A stretch of DNA of 64,000 bases from Eledone cirrhosa. Lineage: Eukaryota. Location: the NCBI GenBank assembly GCA_964016885.1, contig OZ024748.1, positions 3,658,001 to 3,722,000 on the forward strand. Reading direction: 5' to 3'. Position 1 is the first letter of the stretch. Each line of letters starts with the position of its first letter. Shown here one piece after another: positions 23,936 to 39,920 of this stretch. The translations under genes were made by a program, and so were the position numbers. The notes under the pieces were generated by a model. That model saw only the letters and a program-made list of their open reading frames with translations, made no database searches and was not told the DNA's origin.

Positions 23936-26650
23936 ATGGCTAAATAGTGAGTCTTGTTTACTCTGGACGTTCACCTGGCACTCAAAGGATCATCAGACAA
24001 GACAATGTTTATGGTTGAGTGTATATATATATATTTCATCACAGCTCTCAATTGATTCATAATGAGAGTATGGTTAAGAGCGTGTATTAATGTCTAATTT
24101 CATATTTTACGACACTATTACACGATATGTTGGTGTATCTGAGCAAGGTACATAACTCTGTTTCAACTGACAAAAGAGAAAATGTGGCATATGTACTTCT
24201 CTTTCTGGGTCGACTTTTATCCTCCGTCTGAGAAACCGTTGCTTAACTCTTAACAAACAGCTTCTAATGATTTAGCAGAATATAATTTAAAATAGATTTT
24301 GTTGATTTAAATGTTTATAGTATTTTTATTTTACTTGTGGACAGATCACTGTGAAAGTTTACAGTAAATTAAAGATTTTAATTTTTAATGCGAAGCAGTC
24401 ACAATGCTGTTTTGTACTTTTCCAGAATGTCTTGTTAAACCAGACGTTAAGAATTAATTAAGCTTGCAAAATTAGTTGCTACTACAAAATTAAAAAATGT
24501 CACCCCTCCTATGATTACATTTCTAATAAAATACATTATATTTTAATTTATTACCATTTAAAAAAAATTTACTAAAATTATTAATCATTTACTAAAATTA
24601 TTAATCATTTACTAAGATTTACTAAAATTATTAATCATACTTGAATTGTAACTTAACATTTGGTTCTTATATAAAATTATGCCAGAAGAGTTTAATTGAG
24701 ATAGGAACCCTTTAAAATGGGTGGTTTTGTTTCACAGAACCAGAGCCAGCTTTAACCGGGCTGGTATTAAAACTATTTCAACCTACATACACGAATGAAT
24801 GCAAGACAAAAAAATGATAGAAATCCATCCGTTTCCATACATACTGTAAGAAGAGTGAAACGATATACACAAATCTTATTTCAATGCTTTTGGCCCCGAG
24901 GTATTTAAAGAGATTTTCCAGGTGTGTGTGTTGTAGATTACGATTATTCTTATTTTATACTGGTTTCACTATTGTTTGATTGAGGCCATTATTTAGGCCC
25001 CAGTATTTATTTTATTGATCTCTATTTGGCGAATCACTAGGTCACGGGACATTATCATACACAAAGCCAGACATGAACACACACACACATATATAATATG
25101 TATGTATATAGGTCGTTTTTTTTTACAATTATACCCCTCTCACTCAGAAATCATACGTTGATGATGAAATAATGTTCATCAGAATGTCAGATTCTCTGGA
25201 GGAATGTAAGGCCATTTCAATAACTATGACAATTATCAAAGCATATTAATTTTTAATAAAGTTTCTTCAGCAAAACCGTAATCTACACTTTTGAAAAATG
25301 TATTCCTGCAATATTTCATTTAAAAAAATGAATTATTAAGTTATGAGGAAAGAATTTCAAGCCAGAGGGAAGACACTGAACTATAATTAGGCTGTCATGT
25401 CAAGGCAAGCCAAGACAAGTTACCTTCTTCATAGAAAAATCCAGACCAAAAATACATTCCACCTTTCCCTGTGTTTCGGTATAAATATGGCAGAGCTTTG
25501 CAATACTGCTTTAAAATATTTTATCATAAGAGACAATATAAAATATAATTAAAAAAATATGCAACCACAGAGTTGTATAGTGTCTAACAGATATATATTA
25601 ATTATATAATTATATAAGGTTGCTAAAGAAATGTCTTGTGTGACAATGTAACGAAACTTTGACAGCAAGGTATGAGTGTGTCTTAAAATTTTCATGGCTA
25701 CATGACAATCGGATTGTCTTAAAGGGTGTAGAAATGAAGACGGCGAGATTTTCTTGTCACTTATTACGCCTCGTTGCATTGGAAATCATGTTTTTGTTGT
25801 TTAACCCTGATTGAACAGAGATGATAAAAAGGCAATTCATCTGTAGCCATCCTGTCTTTTTTTAGGTGCATCTAAGACTACATTATATGTTCTTACTGGT
25901 TAGAAGACGGATAGAGCGTGTAATACGAGGGAAACTCGACTGCTATTTCTAATAGGCCGATCGACCACATAAAACAAACAAAAAAAACCTTCTTTCGTTG
26001 TCATAAACTCTGTTAGTCTTGGGTTAACATTAACAAGGGAATGAACAAATATATAAATAAACATATATATATATATATAGGATAACTAAAAGGTTGCCGC
26101 AGAATTTGTCGTTTGGAGTCGCGAGGAATTGTCGACATTATATAATGTAGTTGATGTCTTTAGAAGACGGTATGGTATGGCGAGTGATTCGAGAGAGACT
26201 TGGCAGCTATTTCTAACAAACGAACACGACGGAACGGCAGCATAAAAACCTTTTCTCTATTGTTTAAGTCAGCCCTTTTAGTTTTAAGTTAAACACGGAT
26301 ATAGAGATAGATAGATAGATTTTTTTTACGGTTCAATATTCCGTGTTGGTTAACTATGATGCAATCATGAAATATGCGTAATAGGTGTTATGTAAGACAT
26401 TAAACTGAAATGGAAAACCGTCTCCTCTTACTATATATATATATATATTGTATGTGTATATAATGTATTGTGTAAATATATATATTCTGTGTGTATATAA
26501 TGTATTGTGTAAATATATATATTCTGTGTGTATATATATATATATATATATAAATGACGGTAGAAATAAAGGGTGACTACACAATCTGTAATGGTCAGAG
26601 CTTACAGAGGAATGGTAATATAAAATGTGAGTCGAAGTGCGGCTGGTTGT

Positions 26651-27692
26651 CTATTGGCTGTTGAGTAATGACGTCAGAGGCGAGAGAGACAGGCAAATAG
26701 ATAGACGAAGTGAAAAAGAGAAGAACAGATATATATATAGAGAGAGAGAGGAGGGGGGGAGAAAGTGAAAGAAAGAACTGATATATATATATATATATAT
26801 AGAGAGAGAAGGTGAATGAGAGGAAGTAAAAGACAAAAGAACAGAGTAATATTTAGAGAAAGTGATTGAGATACGAACAGTTATAGAGAGGAAGAAATAC
26901 TTATATATAGAGAGGAACAGACATCATTTATAGAGAGAGAGTGAGAGGAGGGGTTATAAATATAGAGAAAGTGAGTGAGAGAGAGAAAGGAAGGGTTATA
27001 AATATAGAGAAAGTGAGAGAGAGAAAGAGGAAGGGTTATAAATATAGAGAAGTGAGAGAGAGAAAGAGGAACAGTTATATATATAGAGAGAGAGAAAAGA
27101 GGAATAGTTATATTTATATAGAGAGAAAGTGAGAGAGAGAAACGGTTATATATATAGAGAGAAGGTGTGAATGAGGAAGAGTTATATAGTAATATTATAG
27201 AGAAGTGAGAGAGAGAAACAGTTATATATATAGAGAGAGAAAGTGAGTGAGGAAGAGTTATTTAGTAATATTATAGAGAAAAAGTGAGAGAGAGGAAGAG
27301 TTATATAGTAATATTATAGAGAGGAAGTGAGAGAGAGAAACAGTTATATATATAGAGAGAAAGTGAGTGAGGAAGAGTTATTTAGTAATATTATAGAGAG
27401 GAAGTGAGAGAGAGGAAGAGTTATATAGTAATATTATAGAGAGGAAGTGAGAGAGAGAAACAGTTATATATATAGAGAGAAAGTGAGTGAGGAAGAGTTA
27501 TATAGTAATATTATAGAGAAGAAGTGAGAGAGAGAAAGAGAGAGAGAGGAAGAGTTATGTAGTAATATTATAGAGAGGAAGTGAGAGAGAGAAACAGTTA
27601 TAATATAGAGAGAAAGTGAGTGAGGAAGAGTTATATAGTAATATTATAGAGAGGAAGTGAAAGAGAAAGAGAGAGAGAGGAAGACGGAAGTG
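26651..27692 (+). promoter_or_regulatory. Putative DNAJA promoter elements: inverted CCAAT (26653-26657), CRE TGACGTCA (26669-26676), ETS-type CGGAAGTG (27685-27692)
   Basis: Exact motif matches upstream of the ATG at 27782; function is inferred. Confidence 0.45.
26700..27680. repeat. GA-rich minisatellite; ~40-bp subunits with a 120-bp higher-order period in 27240-27520
   Basis: AAGTGAGTGAGGAAGAGTTAT recurs at 27241, 27361 and 27481. Confidence 0.9.
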
Positions 27693-27781
27693 TGAGTGTG
27701 TGTTGTCCCTCATTGAATTAGTGTCTTTGCCAGAGGAGCATCGAGAGAAGACTAACAAATAGGACTCCGCTGCTGCTAGAA

Positions 27782-27850
27782 ATGGAAGATTTAAACTTGT
27801 ATAACGTACTGGGAGTAACGAAACATGCTTCCAGTGGAGAAATCAGAAAG
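27782..27850 (+). CDS. DNAJA2: DNAJA2-like exon 1 ([23 protein letters not shown])
   Basis: ATG, J-domain helix I (LYxVLGV), donor AAG|gtaggt. Confidence 0.9.
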
Positions 27851-28413
27851 GTAGGTTTGTCTTCTTGGAGATTTAGAATCAGATTTGGTTGGAATGTAAA
27901 GAGTGGAGGGAAAAATATAACTAAAAAGGGAAGAAACAAAATGACCCCCAAATCTCAATCCCCCATTTAGGATCAGATCATATGATATGATTATTATATG
28001 TAATTGAGAGACAGGTATATATATATATATATATACATATATCATATATATATATATATATATATATACATACATCATATATATATATGATGTATGTATA
28101 TATATATATATAAAATAAAGTAAAATAAATAAGTCAAATGTTTAAAATTTATATATATAAGTGCCGGGTTCAATCGGGGGTAACCACAGTGAGTGAAGTA
28201 CTCAATACATAAGTAGAGTATATATATATATGATGATTTCTTACGAATGAAACAGTTCTAGTCCTGTAGAAGCCATTTCTATTTTATATTTATTAAGGTA
28301 TCTAACACAGTATACCATATCTCTGAATTTACGATATATTCTACCTTTGATATCTATCTACCTATATATACATGTGTATATATATAATATTCACTTGCAT
28401 AAAATATACGGTA

Positions 28414-28446
<33 letters not shown>

Positions 28447-28924
28447 AGATTTAATTTCCGATTTCGTTTTCTAAATAAAAGTAAATGTTCCTCTTTTAGT
28501 TTTATAAGTGTGTACTTATTAATAGTTTTATTAGACACTTCGATTAAATATGATCTATTTAAGATGACTGGTACCCCTTATTAATAATAATTAAAATAAT
28601 AATTATATATATATAACATTTATACTTTAGGCACAAGGCCAGCAATTGGGGGGAAGAGAGGAGAGCCCATTAAATCGATCTCAGTGTATTACTGGTCTTC
28701 TATTGTATATGTTTATCTTAATAGTGGCATAAATATGGTTATTTCGATGTTCGATGTTGAAATAGTGGTTTATCTTTATAGTAACCTTCTCCCGCAATTA
28801 TGTCTGTCTGTGTTAGCAATAAGGTAGACACCATTGTACCAGTGCCAAGCTGGTTAATATATATAAGCCAGCTTGGCACTGGTACATATATATACAGCAT
28901 TTATATATAGATATATATATATAC

Positions 28925-29000
<76 letters not shown>

Positions 29001-29137
29001 TAGGAAAATGTTAGACTCCGACGGCAGAGCTCAAGCTGTTACGACGGCTATTTCTGGACATTATATATATATATATGTATAAATATGTGTATACATATAT
29101 ATGTGTATAAATATGTGTGTGTATATATGTATCTATA

Positions 29138-29186
<49 letters not shown>

Positions 29187-29189
29187 GTG

Positions 29190-29258
<69 letters not shown>

Positions 29259-29517
29259 ATATATATATATGTGTATAAATGTGTGTATATATATATATAT
29301 ATATATGTGTGTGTATATATATATGTGTATATATATGTGTGTATATATATGTGTGTATATATATGTGTGTATATATGTGTGTATATATGTGTGTATATAT
29401 ATGTGTGTATATATATGTGTGTATATATATGTGTATATATATATGTGTATATATATATGTGTGTATATATATATGTGTATATATATATATGTGTATATAT
29501 ATATATGTGTATATATA

Positions 29518-29550
<33 letters not shown>

Positions 29551-29579
29551 GTGTATATATATATATATGTGTATATATA

Positions 29580-29612
<33 letters not shown>

Positions 29613-30268
29613 GTGTATATATATATATATGTGTATATATATATATATGTGTATATATATATATATGTGTATATATATATATATATGTGTATATATATAT
29701 ATATATGTGTATATATATATATATATGTGTATATATATATATATGTGTATATATATATATATATGTGTATATATATATATATTGTGTATATATATATATA
29801 TATATGTGTATATATATATGTGTATATATATATGTGTATATATATATGTGTATATATATATGTGTATATATATATGTGTATATATATATGTGTATATATA
29901 TATGTGTATATATATGTGTATATATATGTGTATATATATATGTGTATATATATATATGTGTATATATATATGTGTATATATATATGTGTATATATATATA
30001 TGTGTATATATATATGTGTATATATATATGTGTATATATATATATATGTGTATATATATGTGTGTATATATATGTGTGTATATATATGTGTGTATATATA
30101 TATGTATGTATATATATATGTATGTATATATATGTATATATGTATGTGTATATATGTATGTATATATATATGTATGTGTATATATGTATATATATATGTA
30201 TGTGTATATATGTATGTATATATGTATGTGTATATATGTATGTATATATGTATATGTATATATGTATG

Positions 30269-30317
<49 letters not shown>

Positions 30318-30635
30318 TATATATATATGTGTATATATATATATGTGTATATATATATTGTGTATATATATATGTGTATATGTATATATGTGTATATGTA
30401 TATATATATGTATATATATATGTATATATATATATATGTATATATATATGTATATATATATATATGTATGTATATATATATGTTATATATATATATATAT
30501 GTATATTATATATATATATGTATGTATTATTTATATGTATTTATATATATATGTATATATATATATATATGTATGTATATATATATGTATGTATATATAT
30601 ATGTATATATATATATATGTATGTATATATATATG

Positions 30636-30666
<31 letters not shown>

Positions 30667-30748
30667 GTATATTATATATATATGTATGTATATATATATG
30701 TATGTATATATATATGTATATATATATATATGTATGTATATATATATG

Positions 30749-30779
<31 letters not shown>

Positions 30780-30812
30780 GTATGTATATATATATGTATG
30801 TATATATATATG

Positions 30813-30878
<66 letters not shown>

Positions 30879-31756
30879 TATGTGTATATATATATATGTG
30901 TATATATATATATGTGTATATATATATATGTGTATATATATATATATATGTGTATATATATATGTGTATATATTATATATGTGTATATATATATATATGT
31001 GTATATATATATATGTGTATATATATATATGTGTATATATATATATGTTATATATATATATATGTATATATTATATATATGTGTATATATATTATATAGT
31101 GTATATATATATGTGTATATATATATATGTATATATATATGTTGTATATATATATGTATATATATGTGTATATAATATATGTATATATGTATATGTATAT
31201 ATATATGTGTATATATATATATATATGTGTATATATATATATGTATATATATATGTATATATGTATATGTATTATATATATGTTTATATTTATATGTGTA
31301 TATATTATATGTGTATATATTATATATGTATATGTATATATATATATGTATATATATAGTGTATATGTATATATGTATATGTATATATATATATATGTAT
31401 ATATATATGTATATATTATATGTATATATATTTGTATATATATATGTATATATGTATATATGTATATATATATATGTATATATATATGTGTATATATATA
31501 GTGTATTATATATATGTATATATATTATATGTATATATATATGTATATATATATATGATTATATTATATATGTATATATGTATATATATATATGTATATA
31601 TATATATGTATATATGTATATGTATATTATGTATATGATATATGTATATGTATATATGTATATATATATATGTATATATATATATGTATATTATTCTAAT
31701 ATGTATATATATATATTATGTATTATATTATATATTTATAATATATATATGTATAG

Positions 31757-31791
<35 letters not shown>

Positions 31792-32904
31792 TATATATAT
31801 AATTGTATATATATAATTAGTTATATATAAAAATATNNNNNNNNNNNNNNNNNNNNNNNNNNNNNNNNNNNNNNNNNNNNNNNNNNNNNNNNNNNNNNNN
31901 NNNNNNNNNNNNNNNNNNNNNNNNNNNNNNNNNNNNNNNNNNNNNNNNNNNNNNNNNNNNNNNNNNNNNNNNNNNNNNNNNNNNNNNNNNNNNNNNNNNN
32001 NNNNNNNNNNNNNNNNNNNNNNNNNNNNNNNNNNNNTTGTCCAAAGACTTCTTGAATTTTGTGTGGTCAGTTTCTGTTTTGACGTGTCCTGGTGTGATGT
32101 TGAAGAGAGCAGGGCCGATTGAGGTGAAATAATTGTGCCGTATTGTTGTTATGAGTTGCGATTTAGATTTTTGAATGGGACGGATAGCACGGGGCCCAAG
32201 CCTTGGGTGTATCTTGAAGGCGATGCCAACATCATTTGGGCAGTGATGATGGAACATTTTCCACATCATGCAGATAATATAACGCTCACGGCGACGTTGG
32301 AGTGAGTAAAGTTTCAGGTTTTCCAATCGACCCCAGTAGTCAAGGTCTGACATGCCATCTATCTTTTTCGTGATTGCCCTTTGAGGAGCTTCAAGTTTCA
32401 TGATACTTTGTTTCGTGTGGGGAGACCACAGTGGACAACAGTATTCAAGGTGTGGTCGGGCGAAAGTAGAGAAGAGAAGGATAATGGTGCGGGAATCTCT
32501 CGGCTGGAAGGTTCTGAGGATCCAGGAACACATTCTGCGGGCCATGTCAACTTTGCTGCTTATATGCGTGGTCCAGCTTATGTTGCTGTCCACGGTTACT
32601 CCCAAGTCTCTGATGTTGTTAGATGCCACGAGAGTTTCCCCGGAGGGAAGGGAGTACGGGAGTTTCAGAGCATCCTCTTTTCCAAAGTGGATCAGTTCGA
32701 ATTTGTCTTCGTTCAGTAACATGTTGTTCTTTTCTGCCCATTGGGTAACAGCCAGTAGGTCTGACTGAAGGCTTATCCGGTCATCCACGCCATTGATGAC
32801 CTTTTGGAGCTTGGAATCATCAGCGAAAATTTTATGACGAAATATATATATATGTATATGTATATATATATATGTATATATATGTATATGTATATATATA
32901 TATG

Positions 32905-32935
<31 letters not shown>

Positions 32936-34304
32936 GTATATATATATATGTATATATGTTTATATATATGTATATATATATATATGTATATATATATATG
33001 TATATATGTTTATATATATGTATATATATATATATGTATATATGTATATATGTTTATATATATGTATATATGTATATATGTTTATATATATGTATATATA
33101 TATATATGTATATATATATATGTATATATATATGTATATATATATGTTTATATGTATATATATATGTATATATGTATATATATATGTATATATATATGTA
33201 TATATGTATATATATATGTATATATGTATATATATATGTATATATGTATATATATATGTATGTATATATGTATATATATATGTATATATATATGTATATA
33301 TGTATATATATATGTATATATGTATATATATATATGTATATATGTATATATATATGTATATATATATGTATATATATATGTATATATGTATATATATATG
33401 TATATATGTATATATATATGTATATATATATATATATGTATATATATATGTATATATGTATATATATATGTATATATATATATATATGTATATGTGTATA
33501 TATGTGTATATATATGTGTATATATATATGTGTATATATGTATATATATATATGTGTATATATATATGTATATATATATGTGTATATATACGTGTATATA
33601 TATATGTGTATATATATGTGTATATATATGTGTATATATGTGTATATATATATGTATATATATGTGTATATATGTGTATATATATATGTGTATATATATG
33701 TATATATATATGTGTGTATATATATATATATGTGTATATATATATATGTGTATATATATATTTGTGTATATATATATATCTGTGTATATATATACGTGTG
33801 TATATATATATGTGTGTATATATGTATGTGTATATATATATGTATGTGTGTATATATATATATATGTATGTGTGTATATATATATATATGTATCTGTATA
33901 TATATATGTGTATATATATATATATGTGTATATATATATGTATGTGTGTATATATATAAGTATGTGTGTATATATATATATATGTGTGTGTATATATATA
34001 TATGTGTGTATATATATGTGTGTATATATATATATATGTATGTCTATATATATATATGTCTATATATATATATATATATGTGTGTATATATATATGTCTA
34101 TATATATATGTGTATATATATATGTCTATATATATATATATGTGTGTATATATATATGTCTATATATATATGTATGTGTATATATATATGTATGTCTATA
34201 TATATATATATGTATGTGTATATATATATGTATGTGTATATATATATATGTATGTGTATATATATATATGTATGTGTATATATATATGTATGTATGTATG
34301 TATG

Positions 34305-34344
<40 letters not shown>

Positions 34345-34382
34345 TATGTATGTGTATATATATATGTATGTATGTATGTATG

Positions 34383-34422
<40 letters not shown>

Positions 34423-34448
34423 TATGTATGTATATATATATGTATGTA

Positions 34449-34484
<36 letters not shown>

Positions 34485-36892
34485 TGTATGTATATATGTA
34501 TGTATATATGTATGTGTATATATATGTATGTATATATATATGTGTGTATATATATGTATGTATATATATATGTATGTATATATATATGTATGTATATATA
34601 TATATGTATGTGTATATATATGTATGTGTATATATATGTATGTGTATATATATGTATGTGTATATATATGTATGTGTATATATATGTATGTGTATATATG
34701 TGTATGTGTATGTGTATATGTGTATGTGTATATATATATGTATGTCTATATATATGTATGTCTATATATGTATGTGTATATATATATATATGTATGTGTA
34801 TATATATATGTATGTCTATATATGTATGTGTATATATATATATGTATGTGTATATGTGTATATATATATATGTATGTGTATATGTGTATATATATATATG
34901 TATGTGTATATGTGTATATATATATATGTATGTGTATATGTGTATATATATATATGTATGTCTATATGTGTATATATATATGTATGTGTATGTGTTTATA
35001 TATATGTCTATATGTATGTGTATATATATATGTATGTGTATATGTATGTGTATGTGTATGTATGTATATATGTGTATGTATGTATATATGTGTATAAATA
35101 TATATGTATGTGTATATAAATATATATGTATATATATATGTGTATATATATGTGTATGTATATATATGTGTATATATGTGTATATATATATATGTGTGTG
35201 TATATATGTGTATATATATATATGTGTATGTATATATGTGTATATATATGTGTATGTGTATATATATATATGTGTATGTGTATATGTGTATGTGTATATA
35301 TGTGTATATATATATGTGTATGTATATATATGTGTATATATATATATGTGTATGTATATATATGTGTATATATGTGTATGTGTGTATATATGTGTGTGTG
35401 TATATATATATATATGTGTGTGTGTATATATATATATGTGTGTGTGTGTATATATATATATGTGTATGTGTGTCTATATATATATATGTGTATGTGTGTA
35501 TATATGTGTATGTGTGTGTATGTGTGTATATATGTGTATGTGTGTGTATATGTATATATATGTGTGTATGTAAATGGGGAGAAAGAGTACTCAGTTTATT
35601 TATGAAATAGTTTTTAGCTGATCGTGATCAATAATAATAAATAAATAAAATCACCTCTCTCTATATATATATTCACCGTTATATCTATTGTCACGTTTCT
35701 CCATCGTACGACTTATTTTCTATTTATGTAACTCTATGTATCGTAGGTATAGAAGAAGAAATACTCGGAAAATATATAGACAAGAGGAATTATAGAGCTT
35801 AAAAAATATCAAAATTATAGTTTAACTGTAAAATAATTTGTATTTTTATATCCGTTAGTAACCATAGTTTGTTATAACGCTGGTTAAGTTGTCATACATA
35901 TTTTATATGAAATTATTCAAATAGAAATGAAATAAAAATGTCATGATTCTTTCTATCCTGCCTCCTTTTGATAATAATCATTGGTAACAAATGAATATAT
36001 ATATATATATATATAAAATAATAAATAAGACTAAAATCCGAAAAGGGCTCGATAAGGATAAATATATATCAAACATATAAGAACTCTAGAGCAAATAGTT
36101 TCAGAAGATCCCGTAAAGGGTGAAAGCAGCGATTCTTTGCTTAAACTTTAATCTGTTATTTTAATAAAAAAATATATATATTGGCTGTCTTTTGATAGTC
36201 ATTGGTAACGATATATACAGGATGTCCCCCAGAAATGTATACATACCTTTATTAGAATGCTAAAGTGTATATATACATTTTGGGGGACACTGAGTATATC
36301 TATATATTTAGCCGAAATCTGGTTGGCTATGAGTTCAAATACCGCCGAGGTTAACTTAAACTTTCATCGTTGTGGGAGAGGGGGCTCGATAAAATAAAGT
36401 ACTAGTAATGCACTGGGGTAATTGCTGGCTTTGTGCCAAATGTAGAAACAATTATATATTATATACACATATACGTAATGTGTGTGTGTATATATGTATG
36501 TAGCCAGCCAGCTTTTGGCATAGTTTGCACTCAATCACATAGGTACTAAATAATTGCATCACTTCTATCGTTTCTCGGAGTCGGACCTACACACATACGT
36601 ACATCATATAATATATATGTATATATTTAGGGGTGTATATATTGTAGATATTTCGTTGGTCTCAACATATTTGCTATTTATTGCCTTACTTAACCTTCAA
36701 CGTTATTGTCTGTTCTCTCTGCAAATGGCTGCTCTGTACCTCCTGTGAGAGAAGCAGCTTCACAATTTAAATTGATTTGTTTCTTTCTACCCTTCTACTG
36801 TCCATTCTTATCCCTATAACCAATAATTATAAAAAAAAAAATATTTTTTCATTTATCTGGTAGAGCAATCTTGTTCATTTCCCCAATAGATT

Positions 36893-36939
<47 letters not shown>

Positions 36940-38335
36940 GCTTCTATTATTTTAACTGATCAAATGGCATACAAGAACTTTAGTAAAGTATGCTTTTAAT
37001 TAAAATATTGTATTATGTATATATATATATATATATATAACTTATATAGACACGAATCGCGATGAATTTTTAAGTTTCTTTTTAAAAAAAAAAATCAATT
37101 CTTTTTTTATTTATATAACATTAAAAACGATTTTCTTTGTTGCTGTTTAAGCCATTGATGTCTATATAGTTCACATACCAGCCATATGTGTGTGTGTATA
37201 TATATATAAAATTAATTTGTCATTTTAAAAAATAATTGTAAATTTGTCTAAACACTAGAAATGTTTGGTTTATTAAATATGTAAATAATATAACATGGAA
37301 AACTCGCAATCCAGCTGATTTACTAGGTTTAATGTTTTTTTTTATATAATGTGTTGTATGGAATTTTGAAAAAGAAGCATCTGGAAAGTTGGATGCCTTT
37401 TTATGTGGAGAGCGGCGCATTGCATTGTGGGTAGTAGTCAAGATGGCAGCCTACAGTGGTGTCTGATTTATATTTCATTTTATAAATCTCTTCCATAGAT
37501 CATTAGAATAATAATAATAACAATAAAATCTTCGCTATATCTCCTCGATTTATTAACGTTTCTTTGCTTTTTTTTTTTCAACCGAACTCAATACAATGAT
37601 TTTGTAAAATCTTTAATATTAGTGAGATTTTTTTGTCGCCATTCTAATGATATATATATATATATATACTTTATATTCAGTGTATATATATATATATATA
37701 TTACGTAAGATTTCGGCTGATGCGAACAGTAAGGTCACAGAATTTAAATTAAAGTCCTGTGATACAAAGAAAGGAATTTACTAGATGTATTTTTTTTTTA
37801 AATTCTTTGTAATATTTTTTTCACTTTTTTTTTTTATTGTCGAAAGAAAAGAAAATTTTAATTTTAAATAACAATGCGTAGAAAAAGAAATAATTACTCT
37901 TGGTTTATATAGAAAGGAAAGATACACGTTTAATTAGGTTTAAGTATTAAGCCGCTATTTGTTTATAAGCCATGGTAATCAGTAATGCCACATCACTTTT
38001 AATGATATACATACTGGTACAAACTTAGTCTATTATCTTAAGTACTACCTTGAGTTTCCGTTTTATTTTGTACTGCAAATAACAAATAACCCAGAATTAT
38101 CTTTGGAAGTAAACCAGTTTTTCACACCTTAGATATTATTATAAATCTGATTCTTATCGAGAGAAAAATAGAATTTTATATATATATATATATATATATA
38201 CAATGAAATTCACTGGGTATAAAAAAAATTTCGCTGTAATGAAAATTTCTTGATAACGTGTGATCGAGCGTGTGGCCAGGGATTGAAAAAAAAAAGTTTC
38301 GTTATTTTGAAAAATTCGTTATAACGGAATCTTAC

Positions 38336-38405
<70 letters not shown>

Positions 38406-39876
38406 TATAAATAATTCTATTTTTCTCTCGAAGAATCAGATTTATAATAATATCTAAGGTGTGAAAAACTGGTTTACTTCCAAGGATAATTCTGGGTTAT
38501 TTGTTATTTGCAGTACAAAATAAAACGGAAACTCAAGGTAGTACTTAAGATAATAGACTGTTATATATATATTCAATGATATTAAATAAATGGAAACTGT
38601 ATTTATAAAACCATATTTATTCTATTATATATATTTCAAGGGTCTTGAAATATATATAATAGAATAAATATGGTTTTATAAATATAGTTTCCATTTATTT
38701 AATATCATTGAATATTATACCCCAGAAAACTTGTCGAGTGCTCTGAATCAGTTATAAACATTTATAATCGTTGAATTACCAACAAATTGAATATCCCTTT
38801 TGCTTATATATATATATATATATAAAATGAAAAAAAAAATGAATGAAACCCCACGAAATAGGTGTGGGCGATTAGCGATCGATATGGCGACAATAATATG
38901 AAAATGAATGAAGCTTAAAATTTATATTCAATTTTGGTCGATTTTAAAATTAAATTGACACTAGTATAATACCTCCAGCGATCTCAATATACAACAAACA
39001 CAAAATATTGAGAATACATAGCAACGAACAAATGGAAGAACTTAAGAGGTAACATAGTACTTTTAGGGACTTATTTACTCAAATTGTACATGCACCAACT
39101 TTAATGGAGAAATATATTTTGTAATATTGACCAGTCACAACGTTTAATTTACTAGAAATATTTTGTATAAATTAATAAAAAAAAAAAACCTTTTACTGTA
39201 AGATTTACAATTAAAAATATCTATAAGTAATTATTACACGCGTCTTGTGTTATGGAGTTCTCGAGTGAGGGAACTCCTCTCCCCAAAGACTAATTTACGA
39301 GGGTTTTGAAGGTCAAATTCATTCAAAACATAAATCATAAAAAAAACCCAACCAATTTCACATTCAAAATCCTAATCAAATCAACAAAATATGTCCGTAT
39401 ATTCTGTTATTGTGAGTGAAGAGCTAGGTCGCATTTCGTCCAATATTGCACCTACTTCTTTTGACAGGCTAATCGATTATCGATTCCTTTTGGGACAGCA
39501 GCTGACAACAATTCCTGTTTATTTTAGTGTGTGTGTTTTTTTATTTACCTCTAATTAACTGTTAGCCGAATTAATTTCTCATGAAAATATAAGCTGATAT
39601 ATCTGAAATGCGGAATTTTAATAAGATGTAGATTTATTTTAGGTCATTTTTAGTTTGTGTTAAAATTATTGAAATTAGTAACCGTTCCTGTCAAATTCAA
39701 ATATAGAACACTCTGACACAAAACTAAGCGTATATCCTGACTATATATATAAAATTAAGCAATTTCTGCTTTCATCCTTAGAAATTGGTGTGTATGTTTA
39801 TACACACACACACGTGTGTTAAATGCGTAACTTGGCAAATCAATAAATAAACTCTGGGGTCAACTAAAATGCTTAG

Positions 39877-39920
<44 letters not shown>

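Noticed and set aside
27890-27902. miR-1-like TGGAATGTAAAGA
   Set aside because: 3' half diverges and no complementary arm is present
32381-32768. Plus-strand 112- and 122-aa ORFs
   Set aside because: Antisense shadows of the LINE RT frame
29085-35610. Very long ORFs (500-770 aa) rich in Y/I/M/C/V
   Set aside because: Translations of TA/TG microsatellite, which lacks stop codons; open in several frames at once
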